A stretch of 64,000 nt of DNA from Malacoraja senta (taxonomy: Eukaryota), in contig CM075989.1 in assembly GCA_038087875.1 (NCBI GenBank), positions 2,170,001 through 2,234,000 of the forward strand. The letters are read 5' to 3'. The translations under genes and the position numbers were made by a program. Below are positions 61,705 to 64,000 of this stretch, piece by piece. The stretch's first letter is position 1. Each line of letters starts with the position of its first letter. The notes below the pieces were generated by a model, which did no database searches, was not told the origin of the DNA, and saw nothing but the letters and a program-made list of their open reading frames with translations.

Positions 61705-62560
61705 CACTGAATTTAGAAGGATGAGAGGGTATCTTATAGAAACATATAAAATTCTTAAAGGATCGGACAGGGTTACAGAGAAAGGTTGAACTAGATAGGT
61801 CTTTATTCTTTGGAGTGCAGAAGGTTAAGGGGGGACTTGATAGAGGTCTTTAAAATTATGAGAGGGATAGACAGAGTTGACGTGGATAAGCTTTTTCCAT
61901 TGAGATTAGGGAAGATTCAAACAAGAGGACATGATTTGAGAATTAAGGGACAAAAGTTTAGGGGTAACATGAGGGGGAACTTCTTTACTCAGAGAGTGGT
62001 AGCTGTGTGGAATGAGCTTCCAGTGGAAGTGGCGGAGGCAGGTTCATTTTTATCATTTAAAAATAAATTAGATATGTATATGGACGGGAAAGGAATGGAG
62101 GGTTATGGTCTGAGTGCAGGTAGATGGGACTAGGTGAGAGTAAGTGTTCGGCATGGACTAGAAGGGCCGAGATGGCCTGTTTCCGTGCTGTAATTGTTAT
62201 ATGGTTATATGGACAGGCTAGATGCAGGAAAAAATGTTCCCCATGTTGGTGGAGTCCAGAACCAGGGCGCACAGTTTAAGAATCAGGGGTAGGTCATTTA
62301 GGACTGAGATGAAGAAAAACGTTCTCACCCAGAGAGTTGTGAATCTGTGGAATTCTCTGCCGCAGAAGGCAGTGGAGTCCAATTCACTGGATGTATTCAA
62401 GAGAGAGTTCGATATAGCTCTTGTGGCTAACGGAATCAAGGGATACGGGGAGAAAGCAGGAGTAGGATACAGATTTTGGATGATCAGCCATGATCATATT
62501 GAATGGTGGTGCTGGCTTGAAAGGCTGAATGGCCTACTCTTGCACTTATTTTCTGTTTCT
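61705..62560 (+). mobile_element. CR1 3' fragment with a second CR1 (61772-62210) nested inside
   Basis: ORFs 61810-62133 and 62222-62590 are both CR1 C-termini; 7-bp duplication ggacagg at 61765-61771 and 62211-62217. Confidence 0.88.
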
Positions 62561-62689
62561 TTCTTTCTAATTTCTGAAGGAGGCTATTAGAATTGATGCA
62601 TTAAAACAGAGGATCTATTTCTATCCTGTGGATATTTTTTAAACATAAATGTATCAGTACAAGCATGGCGTTATGGAGTAATATAGTTT

Positions 62690-63125
62690 AAACAGGCCTT
62701 TGGCCCAACCTGTCCATGCTGGGCCCATTTGCCAGCATTTGGCCCATATCCCTCTAAACATTTCCTATCCATGTATCTGTCCAAATGTCTTTTAAATGTT
62801 GTTGTAGTACCTGCCTCAACTAACTCCTCTGGGAGTTTGTTCCATTTACCCACTGCTCTCTGTGTGAAGACATTTCCCCTCAAGTCTCTTTTAAATCTTT
62901 CCCCTCTCACATGAAACCTACGTCTACTATTTCTTGATCCCCCTTCCCTGGGTAAAAGACTCTGTATATTCACCTGAACTATGCCTCTCATAATTCCTCT
63001 CCGTAAAGACACCACTTGGTCTCCTGCACTCCAGGCAATGAAGTCTTAGCCCGCCTCTTAACTTTTCTCCGCAGCTCAGGTATTCAAATCCCAGCCACAT
63101 TTTTGTAAATCTTCATTGCACTCTT
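62690..63125 (-). mobile_element. CR1 3' fragment
   Basis: ORF 62671-63015 (FTQRAVGKWNKLPEELVE..FKRHLDRYM). Confidence 0.8.
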
Positions 63126-63131
63126 TCCCAC

Positions 63132-64000
63132 TTTTATTTTTTTATTTTTTATTTTATTTATTAGAAGTACATTACATTACAACCAATTACACTAGTACTC
63201 ATCACATATATCTTATTACAATTAATGTACTCCGTTTATTTTCTATACTAATAGAGGGAAAGGATAAAATTGAGAGAAAGAAGAAAGTGAAGGAAAAAAG
63301 TGAAGGTGGAAAAAACGTGGAAAAAAAAAAGAAAGACAAATACCCTATAAGAAAGAAATTAAACACAAAAGGAAAGAGTTAAGAAATAGACCCTAAAAAA
63401 GAAGAAAAAAAGAGAAAGAGGAAAAAGAGAAAAACAGATACTTTTTTGTAAGCATCACGCAAATGGGACATACCAACTCTCCAGTTGCACCCTATACTTG
63501 TAATAATTCTATAAATGCAGACCACGTCAGGTGGAAGTGATCTGGTTTACCTGCCAGGAGGAGTCTTATCTCTTCTAGGTGTAATGTTTCGAACTTATTT
63601 GAAATCCACATGATTATAGTTGGTATTGGAGCGTTTTTCCAGAATTTTAGGATTAACTTTTTTCCAGTTATTAACCCATAGTCTATTAATTTCTTTTGGA
63701 ACACATTTAGTTCAGGACTATCTTCCGTTGTTCCGAAGATAATCCATTCTGCTATTGGTATCAGTTTAGTTTTAAATAATTTTGTAAAGATTTCAAAAAT
63801 TTCAATCCAAAATTTTTGAATTTTTGTACAGAAAACAAATGAGTGCGCTATAGTAGCTTCTTGAGATTGACATTTATCACAAATGGATGATACATTTGGG
63901 AATATTTTATTGATTTTAGTTTTAGAATAATATAATCTATGTAAAATTTTAAATTGTATTAAAGTGTGTCTTACATTAATCGAACATTTATACACGTTTA
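63132..64000 (-). mobile_element. L1-clade LINE 3' end (ORF2 C-terminal CCHC zinc knuckle, 3' UTR, A-rich tail); runs off the window
   Basis: ORF 63492-63995 (IQFKILHRLYYS..ICDKCQSQEATIAHSFVFCTKIQKFW) has a CX2CX7HX4C pattern; AATAAA and A-rich tail at 63132-63160. Confidence 0.88.

Overview
Eukaryotic (vertebrate) genomic DNA, almost entirely intronic. The repeat content (HE1/V-SINE-type tRNA SINEs, HER1/CR1 LINEs, Penelope-like elements) points to a cartilaginous fish, probably a skate or ray; this is inference. The window lies inside a minus-strand neurotrophin receptor gene, most likely NTRK3/TrkC. A 103-bp transmembrane exon (42888-42990, VSIAVGLAAFGCFLLLILFIMFNKYGRRSKYGMK-G) and a 24-bp juxtamembrane microexon (57280-57303) are recognisable. 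The exon expected between them was not found and may lie in the 200-N assembly gap. Positions 1-42887 belong to the long intron after the TM exon. Most of the remaining sequence is transposon-derived: CR1, Penelope/GIY-YIG, Rex1/Babar-like and L1 LINE fragments, more than 20 V-SINE copies, a CORE-type SINE with an L2-like tail, at least nine PIF/Harbinger-like MITEs sharing one TIR, and a hAT-like MITE. The most notable hidden layer is roughly 30 (manual count) minimal type-I hammerhead-ribozyme motifs (CTGAAGA-stemII-GAAACGTC) on short Penelope-derived repeats, often in fold-back inverted pairs. Almost all ORFs in the supplied track are TE fragments or spurious. Repeat boundaries were read by eye and are approximate.
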